From: Escherichia phage a20
Sequence record: OQ067374.1
Length of the DNA: 64,000 bases
Direction: 5' to 3' (one strand)
Made by a program: the position numbers and the translations under genes. The notes beneath the pieces were generated by a model. The model searched no databases. It saw only the letters and a list, made by a program, of their open reading frames with translations, and was not told the origin of the DNA. Numbering within the stretch: the first letter of the stretch is position 1; each line of letters opens with the position of its first letter. Shown in pieces: positions 36,426-45,757 of this stretch.

Positions 36426-36886
36426 TCGGTAATAAAACGTTCAACTTCATTATTCTTGGCCTTTATCTTGTCTTTACGTTCTTGTAAACTACTTTTAACA
36501 AGATTAATAATGATGCCTACAGTACCTCCACCAATAATACCACCAATAATACTTACAATAGTAGATGCTAATAAGATAGCGATAATATCTAGTACAGCAA
36601 AGGCACTTACTTTAGTACTAAAAAACCATACCGACGGTACAAATATAATCCATCCTGTTATCCATTGGCACTTATTGAAAAACTTTTCAAGCTCAGCTTG
36701 GGTTGTTCGTATTACTTCATCGATAGGTTGATATCCATTAATGTATCTGTTCACGATAATACCTGCTGGCTGGTTGATTTTAAATTCTTGGCAAATATGT
36801 TTCACTAAGTAGGATGGACATCCTGTCCAATCTACTGAATAGTATGAAATACCTTCGTCGCCATCGTCTATATTATTGTTAATCAT
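36407..36886 (-). CDS. Hypothetical membrane protein
   Basis: 159 aa, hydrophobic helices with GG-rich segment IIGGIIGGGTVGII. Confidence 0.6.
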   Translation of the reverse strand: MINNNIDDGDEGISYYSVDWTGCPSYLVKHICQEFKINQPAGIIVNRYINGYQPIDEVIRTTQAELEKFFNKCQWITGWIIFVPSVWFFSTKVSAFAVLDIIAILLASTIVSIIGGIIGGGTVGIIINLVKSSLQERKDKIKAKNNEVERFITECRNLR

Positions 36887-37368
36887 TACCAGCCTTCCAT
36901 AGGGAATTCCAGATAAACTTGGGCATTGACACGAATTTCATTGGTAATCTTTTTAACTCGGTCTGTATTACGAGATACACGTCCGAACCAACGCCATCCG
37001 TTACTAATTGCACGAGAACCAGTGTGCCATGTTTGCCAATCAAACTGAAGAAGAGTACGATCTGGAGCTTCCCATTCAGTGTTTAAACAACAAACAGACC
37101 ATGTAGGAGCAACGAAATCGGTGAATCTAATATCATGGTCTGCAACTAGTTTAGCAATAGCTCCGATATCATGAATCATAATACCTGGGGCTAATAAAGA
37201 TTTTCTGCTATGGCTAGCCGTTTTCTCGGTGGTCTCATAAGAAGACGACCAGTACCATTTACGTCCAGTTGCAACATATCGTAATGAATCAACTAAAGAC
37301 GTAGGTGGATTTACCTTATCTCGGAACTCTTCGAACATTGAGTCAATATCATTATTTTGGTTTCGCAT
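36886..37368 (-). CDS. Hypothetical protein
   Basis: Start at ATG 37368 (MRNQNN) with SD AAGGAG; Trp-rich. Confidence 0.55.
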   Translation of the reverse strand: MRNQNNDIDSMFEEFRDKVNPPTSLVDSLRYVATGRKWYWSSSYETTEKTASHSRKSLLAPGIMIHDIGAIAKLVADHDIRFTDFVAPTWSVCCLNTEWEAPDRTLLQFDWQTWHTGSRAISNGWRWFGRVSRNTDRVKKITNEIRVNAQVYLEFPMEGW

Positions 37369-37417
37369 GTTAACTCCTTTATTATCCAAAAGGAGGACCG
37401 GAGTCCTCCGTATTATT

Positions 37418-38010
37418 TTATTTCAAAGAGTTAATATATTCTTGTACATCAGCAGAAGTGGTTTCGACGCCGGCTGGAGTGCCATTGAACGTTTCAACAC
37501 GAGTCAGAGTGTCTTCGATATCAACCTTAGTCAGTGCAGCTATTTCAATTACATCATCGGCCGTAGAGATACCAAGGGCATTGGCTGCTCGAGTTTCACG
37601 AATGTATTCGAGTTTGATTGCCAGGTTCTGACGAGCATCGTCAAGTTCAACCACCTTACGAGCAATTTCAATTCGCATAGCGGCATACCCGTCAGCCTTT
37701 GTATTAAGTTGTTCGGCAGTTCGACGATACAGAAGACCAAGCTTAGCATGCATGGTAACATCTTGTCCTTCAGCCAGGAGCTTACGAATTTCACGTTCCT
37801 TAGAAGCGGCTTGCTTGTTCTTTTCATTAACAAGTTCGCGAATACGTTTTTCTTCATTAATAGATTTAACAGAAGCCGTTTTTAGTTCTTTGATTTGGGT
37901 AATCAACTTATCTGCAGCTGCGTTATACTGTTCTTCGACAGTCAGATTTTTAGCCATAGCAGTACCCAGTTTAGTGCGGATGAATTCGACAAGTTTCTTC
38001 AGTGTGTTCA
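37418..38010 (-). CDS. Hypothetical coiled-coil protein (possibly PspA/IM30-like)
   Basis: 197 aa, long helical heptad-like sequence; ATG 38010 (MNTLKK) with SD AAGGT. Confidence 0.5.
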
Positions 38011-38081
38011 TATTATTACCTTTCAATTGGTGGTTTATTATCCAACGAGAGCATTATACTCTGCTCTCAAGAGTTTGTAAA

Positions 38082-38309
38082 TTATTTTTTAATCAAATTG
38101 ACATAAAACTTGGCGTCTTCGGGGTGCATGCCTTCGCAGTATTCTTCAACCATGAACTTCTTAACAGCTTCATAAGGACCACTCAGATTAAGCTCAGTTG
38201 TCCAGAACTTGGAATCTTGGACTGAATCGATACGAACTTCAGGGTGTCGGTTGCGAATAACTTCTTCGGTGTATTCATAATCAACGACATCAATACTAAC
38301 TTTAGCCAT
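38082..38309 (-). CDS. Hypothetical acidic protein
   Basis: 75-aa ORF. Confidence 0.55.
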   Translation of the reverse strand: MAKVSIDVVDYEYTEEVIRNRHPEVRIDSVQDSKFWTTELNLSGPYEAVKKFMVEEYCEGMHPEDAKFYVNLIKK

Positions 38310-38355
38310 TTTGTTTTCCTCTTGATTTGATAGGACTACTATAACATAAACTTAC

Positions 38356-38520
38356 TTAGATGTAAATTATTTCAACGTCACCTTTAGCTGCTTTATAACC
38401 TTCAGCCCAAGATACAACAGAGTTTTTATCTGAGGATTCAAATTCAGGCATTGGACTTTCACCAATATTCACACAGTATGTTTCTTCATTTTCATCGAAC
38501 CAAATAATTAAAGTAGTCAT
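38356..38520 (-). CDS. Hypothetical small protein (54 aa)
   Basis: ORF MTTLIIWFDENEETYCVNIG... with SD GAGGAG; below ORF-track cutoff. Confidence 0.45.
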   Translation of the reverse strand: MTTLIIWFDENEETYCVNIGESPMPEFESSDKNSVVSWAEGYKAAKGDVEIIYI

Positions 38521-38588
38521 TTTGTTTACTCCTCTGTAGTTGATAAGTCTATAGTATCACCATCCTTGGTGCTTGTACATCATTATTT

Positions 38589-38894
38589 TTAATTTTTCCA
38601 ACTTAACAACTTGTAGTGTCCTTCATTCATACGTGGTTTATCCCAAGAAATACTAATATATGATTCACTGTCAATAGAAATCGCCGGGTTTTTCTCTACC
38701 GTAAGACCTTCACTTTCCAGCCATTCAATAGTATTTGCGCATAAATCGGAAGAACACCTCATCGGGAACCGGCAAGATTTTTCACCTTTAGCTGCAGTGT
38801 TATACATCTTTTCTAAAATACGCTTTTGCACGTTTTTAAAAATAGTTTCAGCAGATTCTTCAGATTTTTTATTCAGTTCAGTGTAAAGACTCAT
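38589..38894 (-). CDS. Hypothetical protein
   Basis: 101-aa ORF. Confidence 0.55.
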   Translation of the reverse strand: MSLYTELNKKSEESAETIFKNVQKRILEKMYNTAAKGEKSCRFPMRCSSDLCANTIEWLESEGLTVEKNPAISIDSESYISISWDKPRMNEGHYKLLSWKN

Positions 38895-38982
38895 AATATT
38901 CTCCTCTGTGGTTGATAAGTCTATAGTATCATGTCCTTAGAAGAAGTAAACATCTTTATGAAATATTTTTATGCCCTAGATG

Positions 38983-39011
38983 CCAAAAAGCCCCAACCAT
39001 AAGGAAGGGGC
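38983..39011 (-). terminator. Rho-independent terminator (repeat family)
   Basis: Minus-strand GCCCCUUCCUUAUGGUUGGGGC followed by UUUUU. Confidence 0.55.
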
Positions 39012-39017
39012 ATTCTA

Positions 39018-39482
39018 TTATTTAATTTGTTTAGCAGACCAGATACGGTCTTTAATAAGTTTTTGGATATCTTCAACATACTCAAGGCTATGAGCGTGAG
39101 GATTATCTTTGAAGCTATGTGCTCGTGCCAGTTTCTGTCCTTCTGTTTTGATTACTAAAAGCTCTTTAAGAATTGCTTCATACTTAGAAATAATTCCTTT
39201 GGCGATATTTTTTTCTTGAGCTGCTTTAGGGTCCGCTTTTGGCGCAGGTGCTTTACCTGTAGCTTTCTGGAACAATTCACCTGATGCAGCTAGGCTTTTA
39301 AAAACTCGGCTAACAGTATTAGCATTAGTAAAACCTTCGGCTTTAAAATCTCTAATAAAACGGAAACGTTCTTCATCAGAGGCGTCTTTGTAAGAATATT
39401 TACCTGCTTGAATTGCTGCAATCGCAGCGGCTTTTACATCTGAACTAGATTGTTCAGTCAAAAATTCAGCGTATGATTTCAT
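39018..39482 (-). CDS. Internal-protein-like (MKSYAEFLTE N-terminus)
   Basis: CTS-like N-terminus; 154 aa, Lys/Ala-rich. Confidence 0.6.
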   Translation of the reverse strand: MKSYAEFLTEQSSSDVKAAAIAAIQAGKYSYKDASDEERFRFIRDFKAEGFTNANTVSRVFKSLAASGELFQKATGKAPAPKADPKAAQEKNIAKGIISKYEAILKELLVIKTEGQKLARAHSFKDNPHAHSLEYVEDIQKLIKDRIWSAKQIK

Positions 39483-39526
39483 GTTGCTTTTCCTAAGTTA
39501 ATTAACTTATCTATTTATTATTATGC

Positions 39527-39555
39527 CAAAAAGCCCCAACCTTTCGGAAGGGGCT
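39527..39555 (-). terminator. Rho-independent terminator (repeat family)
   Basis: Minus-strand AGCCCCUUCCGAAAGUUGGGGCU followed by UUUUU. Confidence 0.55.
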
Positions 39556-39599
39556 AAGCCTTGCGGCAACCTTGTCGGGGTTTCCACCTGCTAAGGCAA

Positions 39600-39860
39600 G
39601 TGTTTGTACGAAACGCCGGGATTCGAACCCGGTTATTAAGCAGTTGACGCTACTCAATATTTTTAAAAGGCCATATCTCGACCATATCCGAACGTTCCGT
39701 CAAAAACGCTACTCGGCTTACGGCAAAGATATTTCCTCGAATCGATAATTCTGTGCGCCGTTTCTGCTGTGATGTAAGGGGATATTAACAAATCGTAAAG
39801 ATTTATTAAGACCAGTCCTTACTCAGGGAACATCAGTCCGACGACTTACCGGTAGCGACC
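39600..39860 (-). ncRNA. Candidate stable small RNA / tRNA-like locus
   Basis: 385-bp ORF-free gap next to tRNA cluster; CCGGGUUCGAAUCCCGG T-arm motif at 39616-39632; no full cloverleaf found. Confidence 0.3.
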
Positions 39861-39867
39861 CGGCTTC

Positions 39868-40212
39868 TTATTTTGGCATATCATCAATTTGCTCTCGACG
39901 CCGACGCCATAGATTAATCGCTTCATTAACACATTCGGCGTTTGGTATATGACGGCAATAATATAATGATTCGCGTTTCTGGAATCGATGTTGCAATGGG
40001 ATTTCGTTTAAAAGGTCTTTACGGTCAAAGTATTCAAAACTAGTTAACCCGTAACGATTTTTAATGAACTTCCAATGTCCAAATTCATTTTGAACATAAA
40101 TGTAATCGGCATGCTGATACAGCGAATTAATCAATCGATGAGAAATAACTGTATCATATTCGTTAAAATAAAACGTTAAATCATGAACTACCAGATAAAT
40201 ATTGCCTTTCAT
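39868..40212 (-). CDS. Hypothetical protein
   Basis: Start at ATG 40212 (MKGNIYLVVHD) with SD GAGGAAAAT; ORF-track start would overlap tRNA-Arg. Confidence 0.55.
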   Translation of the reverse strand: MKGNIYLVVHDLTFYFNEYDTVISHRLINSLYQHADYIYVQNEFGHWKFIKNRYGLTSFEYFDRKDLLNEIPLQHRFQKRESLYYCRHIPNAECVNEAINLWRRRREQIDDMPK

Positions 40213-40230
40213 ATTTTCCTCACTTAAAGT

Positions 40231-40306
40231 TGGTCGAGACAGAAGGATTCTAACCTTCAACCTACGGATTAGAAGTCCGTTGCTCCATACAATTGAGCTA
40301 TGCCTC
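40231..40306 (-). tRNA. tRNA-Arg (anticodon UCU), CCA encoded
   Basis: Hand-folded cloverleaf: acceptor CGAGGCA/TGTCTCG, anticodon stem ACGGA/TCCGT, loop CTTCTAA, T-arm GAAGG-TTAGAAT-CCTTC. Confidence 0.8.
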
Positions 40307-40312
40307 GAATAT

Positions 40313-40386
40313 ATGACCCAGACCAGATTCGAACTGGTAACCTTTCCCTTATGAGGGGACTGCTGCTAACCATTGAGCTACAGGGC
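40313..40386 (-). tRNA. tRNA with anticodon CAU (Met or Ile2), CCA not encoded
   Basis: Hand-folded: T-arm ACCAG-TTCGAAT-CTGGT, anticodon loop CTCATAA, acceptor with one U-U mismatch and one G-U. Confidence 0.65.
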
Positions 40387-40448
40387 CTAAATAACTTTCT
40401 ATTATGAAAGGCACTTTAGAGCACCTTTGGTAATAGAGGGTACGAATT

Positions 40449-40474
40449 AATAATAACACATAATTCTTAAAGCA
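40449..40474 (-). promoter_or_regulatory. Middle-promoter-like element upstream of tRNA genes
   Basis: Minus-strand TGCTTTA, 12 nt, TATTAT. Confidence 0.3.
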
Positions 40475-40982
40475 AATCAATCATTTTAACAGTCGGCAAA
40501 ACAATTTCTTCTTCAATATAAGCGAATTCAACACGTTCAACTACACGCAAGAAATCATAGTCGTAGTATTCAGAAGCATAGCCAAGAATATCAATAAGTC
40601 CTTGAGATATCTCATCGCCTTTCACAAAGAACAGGTCGAATACACGCGATTCGTCTTCTTCAGATTTATTACCAAGGTCGACTTCAATATCAAAGACCTT
40701 TTTAATGAATTCTGGATAAAGCTGGTCTGAGAACAGCCCTTCAACCAAGTATTCATAGATTAAAAGCGAGCAATCACTGAATGGTGTATTACCACAGTAA
40801 CGTTCAGCTTTAGTGCTGGAATGACGACTCTTAAATTTCTTCAAGAGATATTTAAACTGTTGGAGCTCATGCTCTTCCACACCAAATAATGTTTTGGTTT
40901 TATAGTTGTCGCCGTCATTTTCCCAAGTAGTGACATCAATTACGTAACCCTTAGGAATTGTACTGCCTAAACAAATATTCAT
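40467..40982 (-). CDS. Hypothetical acidic protein
   Basis: 171-aa ORF with SD GGTGAG. Confidence 0.6.
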   Translation of the reverse strand: MNICLGSTIPKGYVIDVTTWENDGDNYKTKTLFGVEEHELQQFKYLLKKFKSRHSSTKAERYCGNTPFSDCSLLIYEYLVEGLFSDQLYPEFIKKVFDIEVDLGNKSEEDESRVFDLFFVKGDEISQGLIDILGYASEYYDYDFLRVVERVEFAYIEEEIVLPTVKMIDLL

Positions 40983-40986
40983 TTAC

Positions 40987-41277
40987 TCACCGTACCATAT
41001 TAATGTAATTATATTCAATGCAACGTAATTTCAAAGGATTCTTGAAAATATCATATTCAAGAGGGCCTTTTTCTGTTTCAATAAAGAAATCAAAGTTAAC
41101 TGTGTTAAATTTATCATCTTCACAGAGTAATTTAACCTGTGAAGATGAACGGTCGATATAAACCTTTTCAACCTCAAAGTTAGTCAGAATACCGTAGTCA
41201 TCGACTAGTGCTTTAGCTGCACGTTGATCGCTTTCATATCCATTCTCAATGGACGATACTTTAGCATAAAGAATCAT
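40987..41277 (-). CDS. Hypothetical protein
   Basis: 96-aa ORF. Confidence 0.55.
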   Translation of the reverse strand: MILYAKVSSIENGYESDQRAAKALVDDYGILTNFEVEKVYIDRSSSQVKLLCEDDKFNTVNFDFFIETEKGPLEYDIFKNPLKLRCIEYNYINMVR

Positions 41278-41636
41278 GAATGTTCCACCACTTCAAAAGT
41301 ATGTGCACTGACAATCTGGTACCAGTCAAAATTTTCTTCAGCATTTTTGTAGATTTCACGAAGAGCTTCAACAGTTTTTCCTGTAGCAACAAGATCGTCA
41401 ATACCGCCAAGAGGATAACAGTCGTAACCAGCAAACAGAAGGAAATTAATAGTTTCTGTAGGTTCTGGATGCAGAATACCGTTATCATCTACCACTTCAA
41501 AGAAAGTGTAAGAAGGAGTACAAGTTTTAATCCAAGCCCATGCTTGAGCCGCTGAATCAAATGGTCTGCGTATCAAACGACAATCATGGTCTTTAGAAGG
41601 ATTTGCTTCAAAATCCGCATATACATGATATTTCAT
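41274..41636 (-). CDS. Hypothetical protein
   Basis: Start at ATG 41636 (MKYHVYADFE) with SD AAGGTGGG. Confidence 0.55.
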   Translation of the reverse strand: MKYHVYADFEANPSKDHDCRLIRRPFDSAAQAWAWIKTCTPSYTFFEVVDDNGILHPEPTETINFLLFAGYDCYPLGGIDDLVATGKTVEALREIYKNAEENFDWYQIVSAHTFEVVEHS

Positions 41637-41637
41637 T

Positions 41638-41844
41638 TTACCCACCTTTTGCAATTTTATCCATAACGATAGCGATTAAGCCGATTAGAAATGCTACTAC
41701 CAATGAGATAGAATTTTCTGTTGTTGTCAGTAGTCCACAAATGAATCCTACAAACATCGAAAAACTAAAAGCCATTGAAGCAATTACTACAGCAACATTA
41801 CGAATCAGTTCAGCGCGTTTCATTTTATTTCTCCATTTACTCAT
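41638..41844 (-). CDS. Hypothetical small membrane protein
   Basis: 68 aa with two hydrophobic helices. Confidence 0.55.
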   Translation of the reverse strand: MSKWRNKMKRAELIRNVAVVIASMAFSFSMFVGFICGLLTTTENSISLVVAFLIGLIAIVMDKIAKGG

Positions 41845-41860
41845 TTGTTTTGATAGGACT

Positions 41861-41890
41861 ACTATAACATAGTCCTATCAGCATGTAAAC
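41861..41890 (-). promoter_or_regulatory. T4-early-type promoter (GTTTAC-N18-TATAGT) inside perfect 10-bp inverted repeat
   Basis: Arms GATAGGACTA (41852-41861) / TAGTCCTATC (41870-41879) flank the -10. Confidence 0.45.
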
Positions 41891-41893
41891 TAC

Positions 41894-42181
41894 TTACAGA
41901 AGAGTTTTTGCAATAATTTTAAGCTGAGCTACAGAAATATGCTTAGCTTTAAACAGTGCAGTCTCTTCAGCCGGAGAGATAACAATAGTAGCGCCATCTT
42001 TCTTAGCAGACCATCCATCCCCTAAGTAAACAGTACCTTTTACTTCTTCGCCGTCAACCAGGCCGATCATTGGTTTACCCTCACGTCCTTTATTTGCTTT
42101 AATAACTTCGGAAGTAAGGGTTGCTTCGGTTAGAGTAGAAACGTTAGCATCAGGTGATATAAATTCTTTATAGGTTTTCAT
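41894..42181 (-). CDS. Internal-protein-like (MKTYKEFISP N-terminus; ipI-locus position)
   Basis: CTS-like N-terminus; directly upstream of 57B as ipI is in T4. Confidence 0.65.
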   Translation of the reverse strand: MKTYKEFISPDANVSTLTEATLTSEVIKANKGREGKPMIGLVDGEEVKGTVYLGDGWSAKKDGATIVISPAEETALFKAKHISVAQLKIIAKTLL

Positions 42182-42215
42182 TTTATTTCCTTGAGGTCGT
42201 TTATTTGATAGGATG

Positions 42216-42245
42216 ATAGTAACACGCCATCATCCTTATGTAAAC
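42216..42245 (-). promoter_or_regulatory. T4-early-type promoter (GTTTAC-N18-TACTAT) inside 8-bp inverted repeat
   Basis: Arms AGGATGAT (42210-42217) / ATCATCCT (42229-42236). Confidence 0.45.
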
Positions 42246-42257
42246 TGTTTTGTGAAA

Positions 42258-42943
<686 letters not shown>

Positions 42944-42947
42944 TTTA

Positions 42948-43682
42948 TTACCTTAAGATTGTTTCAATTTTAGAATAAAGCTCTTCTAAAGAGCCGTCGT
43001 TTGTAATAACTAAATCGCCTTCTTCAATAGGCAACCCAGCTTCTGTAATATGTTTATCTGTGGATTCCGTACCAGAGCGAACCACATGAATAACTGTAGC
43101 ACCCATCGCTCTAGCGGTTTCCATTTCATGGACTTGGCGTGTATCGGTTACAACATAGTAATCGAAATCACTTCCAATATAATCCATATAGTTTAATGCA
43201 AAAAGTTTAACCCAATACATACGGTCAAATAAATTAACGACAACATCCGTACCGAGGGCTTGCATAAGACGGCGGATTGACCATGTGTCGTTGATATTAT
43301 TTATAGCTTCACGCAGGGCTTCATATGGTTTAATATCTAGATATGAATACCCACCTTCTAATGATGATAATACTTTAACATTATTAATTGGTAAATATTG
43401 ACTTTGTAAATAAATTAGCGCTTCTTCCATTAATTCAATAACATCCAACTTATTGAGATTTAATGGTGTTTCACGGTCGTATCCAATGCCTTCAAAGTAT
43501 TCGTATTTCAACTCTGTGAATACATCAGGATCTTCAGCATGTTTACGTCCCCAGGCTATTGCTAGAGCGTCTTTAATCGGATATGCCAATTGGTATTTTA
43601 CGGATTTAAAGTTTGAATTGATGTAATCAGCAGTAGTGTCTTTACCACTACGTTTGATGCCACTTAAAAAGATTAGCTCCAT
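42948..43682 (-). CDS. 1: Deoxynucleoside monophosphate kinase gp1
   Basis: MELIFLSGIKRSGKDTTADYI P-loop; RRLMQALGTD, MYWVKLFAL, T4 gp1-like. Confidence 0.9.
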   Translation of the reverse strand: MELIFLSGIKRSGKDTTADYINSNFKSVKYQLAYPIKDALAIAWGRKHAEDPDVFTELKYEYFEGIGYDRETPLNLNKLDVIELMEEALIYLQSQYLPINNVKVLSSLEGGYSYLDIKPYEALREAINNINDTWSIRRLMQALGTDVVVNLFDRMYWVKLFALNYMDYIGSDFDYYVVTDTRQVHEMETARAMGATVIHVVRSGTESTDKHITEAGLPIEEGDLVITNDGSLEELYSKIETILR

Positions 43683-43735
43683 AGGTTTTCCTCATATAAT
43701 TTATGAGTGATTATAACATACGGAGCTAGAAGCGA

Positions 43736-44320
43736 TTAACGCAAAGAAGGGTGTCTAGAAATGGATTTAGATTCGACCGCTTGTCGTGGTTGTTGAGATA
43801 CAATGACTTCGCCATCTTTTTCTATCGTCATATACGCATAGTGAATAGTTGCTACGCACGTAACGGCAGGGTCAGAGTCTTCAGTGTAACTAAATTCAAT
43901 TTCACTCAAATCAGAAATCCATGGTTTATAGAAATTTGCCGTCAAAACGACTTCAGTCTTATTGTTGTTTAAAATGTGCAAAGTAACAAACTCAGGACCA
44001 TCGGAGTGGGCCGTATTATGTCCGGTTATATAGTTATTAGTGCTGAGCATCCATTTATACATGTTCATCCAGGACGTCATGTCTTCATCAACTATAAATC
44101 GTACAATAAAAGGGTCATATTCAAATGTGGTGCCTGCACGCATTGCACGTCCTAACCCCATTGTGCCTGTCACAGTTTCAACAACAGGAATTCTCACACC
44201 TGGCAGTGGAGCCGTTTGGGCATTGAGCACAAAACCTGAAGTTCGTGTACTATCCGGGATATCCACAACAAAGTTTGTTATATTTGTTTGGTTAAAAATC
44301 TGTCTCGTTGGACGAGTCAT
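43736..44320 (-). CDS. 3: Tail completion/sheath stabilizer protein gp3
   Basis: 194-aa ORF between genes 1 and 2 as in T4; start at ATG 44320 with SD GAGGTG. Confidence 0.7.
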   Translation of the reverse strand: MTRPTRQIFNQTNITNFVVDIPDSTRTSGFVLNAQTAPLPGVRIPVVETVTGTMGLGRAMRAGTTFEYDPFIVRFIVDEDMTSWMNMYKWMLSTNNYITGHNTAHSDGPEFVTLHILNNNKTEVVLTANFYKPWISDLSEIEFSYTEDSDPAVTCVATIHYAYMTIEKDGEVIVSQQPRQAVESKSISRHPSLR

Positions 44321-44422
44321 AAGCACCTCAAAAACGCTTTAATAAAAATGCAGTATAATGGTTTTAGGTCTCTTCCATTAATCTGGTTCAACAGAATATC
44401 AGAAGAACGGAAGAGAATAGAA

Positions 44423-45244
44423 TTAAGATTTCCAAACAGTATTCGCAGAGAAACGTTTTCCTTTTGACATAAACTGCTGAGTAGGTAACATGATTATGTT
44501 GGCCCAGTCTTTAGGAGCTATTTCTGTTATTGTTCCTCTAATGTGGCCTGGCAGGTATGCTTTAATCATTTTGTCCGCACCTTGAAATCCTTTCACCTTG
44601 CTCCAGTCTATCTTCAACTTTGTGTTATTAGTAATAGTAGTTGTGCTAGCATATTGCTTCAGCAATTCTTCAAGAAACTGTTGTCGTGCTTTAGGTGGGA
44701 TATAGTGCAAGTTTAACCCATACATCAAATTATGTTTACCTAATCCTAAATAAATAATCAAAGGATATCTGTCCCAATACGGCAGAGTATCTTTATGTTT
44801 AGCATCATACACGTAAGTATAAATTTTGCCTGGCGTAGGCTTGACTACTTTATGACCTTTTACACTTTTCTTAATTGTTTCAACAAACCACTTAGATGAT
44901 TTGTTGTTTACTGCTGCGCCTTCATTTCTAATCTTTTCTCGTATTGAACTGCGAAACGAGTTTATCATCAGAAGTTGACGTTCTTGCTTATTGAGTTTAT
45001 TTTTAGGTTTAGATTCAAGCGTTTCAATTTTCTGTGCAGTCTTAATAGATGATGCATATCTAGACATTGCAGATGTAAACGACGAGTATTTTATTCCTTT
45101 TGATTCTGCAAATGCTTTTGCAGTGATTCCTTTCTCTTTAGCTTTCTTGTATTCTAATCCTATCTCAATCCATTTTCTTTCATTCATAGACTGAGCAATC
45201 TTAGGGGCTTGTACGCCTTCAGATATAATTTGGAATATGCTCAT
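44423..45244 (-). CDS. 2: DNA end protector protein gp2
   Basis: 273-aa basic protein in T4 gene 2 position. Confidence 0.8.
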   Translation of the reverse strand: MSIFQIISEGVQAPKIAQSMNERKWIEIGLEYKKAKEKGITAKAFAESKGIKYSSFTSAMSRYASSIKTAQKIETLESKPKNKLNKQERQLLMINSFRSSIREKIRNEGAAVNNKSSKWFVETIKKSVKGHKVVKPTPGKIYTYVYDAKHKDTLPYWDRYPLIIYLGLGKHNLMYGLNLHYIPPKARQQFLEELLKQYASTTTITNNTKLKIDWSKVKGFQGADKMIKAYLPGHIRGTITEIAPKDWANIIMLPTQQFMSKGKRFSANTVWKS

Positions 45245-45246
45245 AA

Positions 45247-45696
45247 TTACCCCTTGTATCCGAGTTTTCTAAGTCCGTCTTCGGTTAGAACTCGAAATTT
45301 TATATTTCTCTTTTCAGCAACAGCTGAGGCAGCTTTCCATTTATCACAGTTCACAGACCACACGTAGATCTCGTTCATATAACGTTTCTTTGCTGCAGTC
45401 GTAAGATTTGCAGGCTTAATAGGTGGTTGAGTTTCTTTCTTTGGTTTTATTTCTACAAAGAACTCTTGACCTGATGCATCTTTCATCCATATGTCCATAT
45501 AGTATCGACGTTTCTTACCTTCAGCATTACAAAAATATGGAATTACTGCTGTTTCACTACCCCATGCAATAATTTCTGGATTTTTATCCAACCATTCGAA
45601 AAAGAATTTTTCCCAGTTTGAACGATACGTTATTTTGGTATGGTCTCCACGGTATTTTTTTAAATTTTTTGGGACCCATTTACCAGAGTAGGCCAT
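45247..45696 (-). CDS. 4: Head completion protein gp4
   Basis: Start at ATG 45696 ([17 protein letters not shown]) with SD AGGAGG, 150 aa as T4 gp4; longer ORF-track start rejected. Confidence 0.8.
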   Translation of the reverse strand: MAYSGKWVPKNLKKYRGDHTKITYRSNWEKFFFEWLDKNPEIIAWGSETAVIPYFCNAEGKKRRYYMDIWMKDASGQEFFVEIKPKKETQPPIKPANLTTAAKKRYMNEIYVWSVNCDKWKAASAVAEKRNIKFRVLTEDGLRKLGYKG

Positions 45697-45757
45697 GTTG
45701 TCCTCCTTATAAATAGTATTATTATTTATACCAATTTCATATTGGAAGGAGACTATC

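Noticed and set aside
39608-39699. 92-nt class II tRNA model using the GGTTCGAATCC T-arm and CGGAACG/CGTTTCG acceptor pairing
   Set aside because: No acceptable D-arm or anticodon arm could be folded; kept only as a low-confidence structured-RNA candidate.
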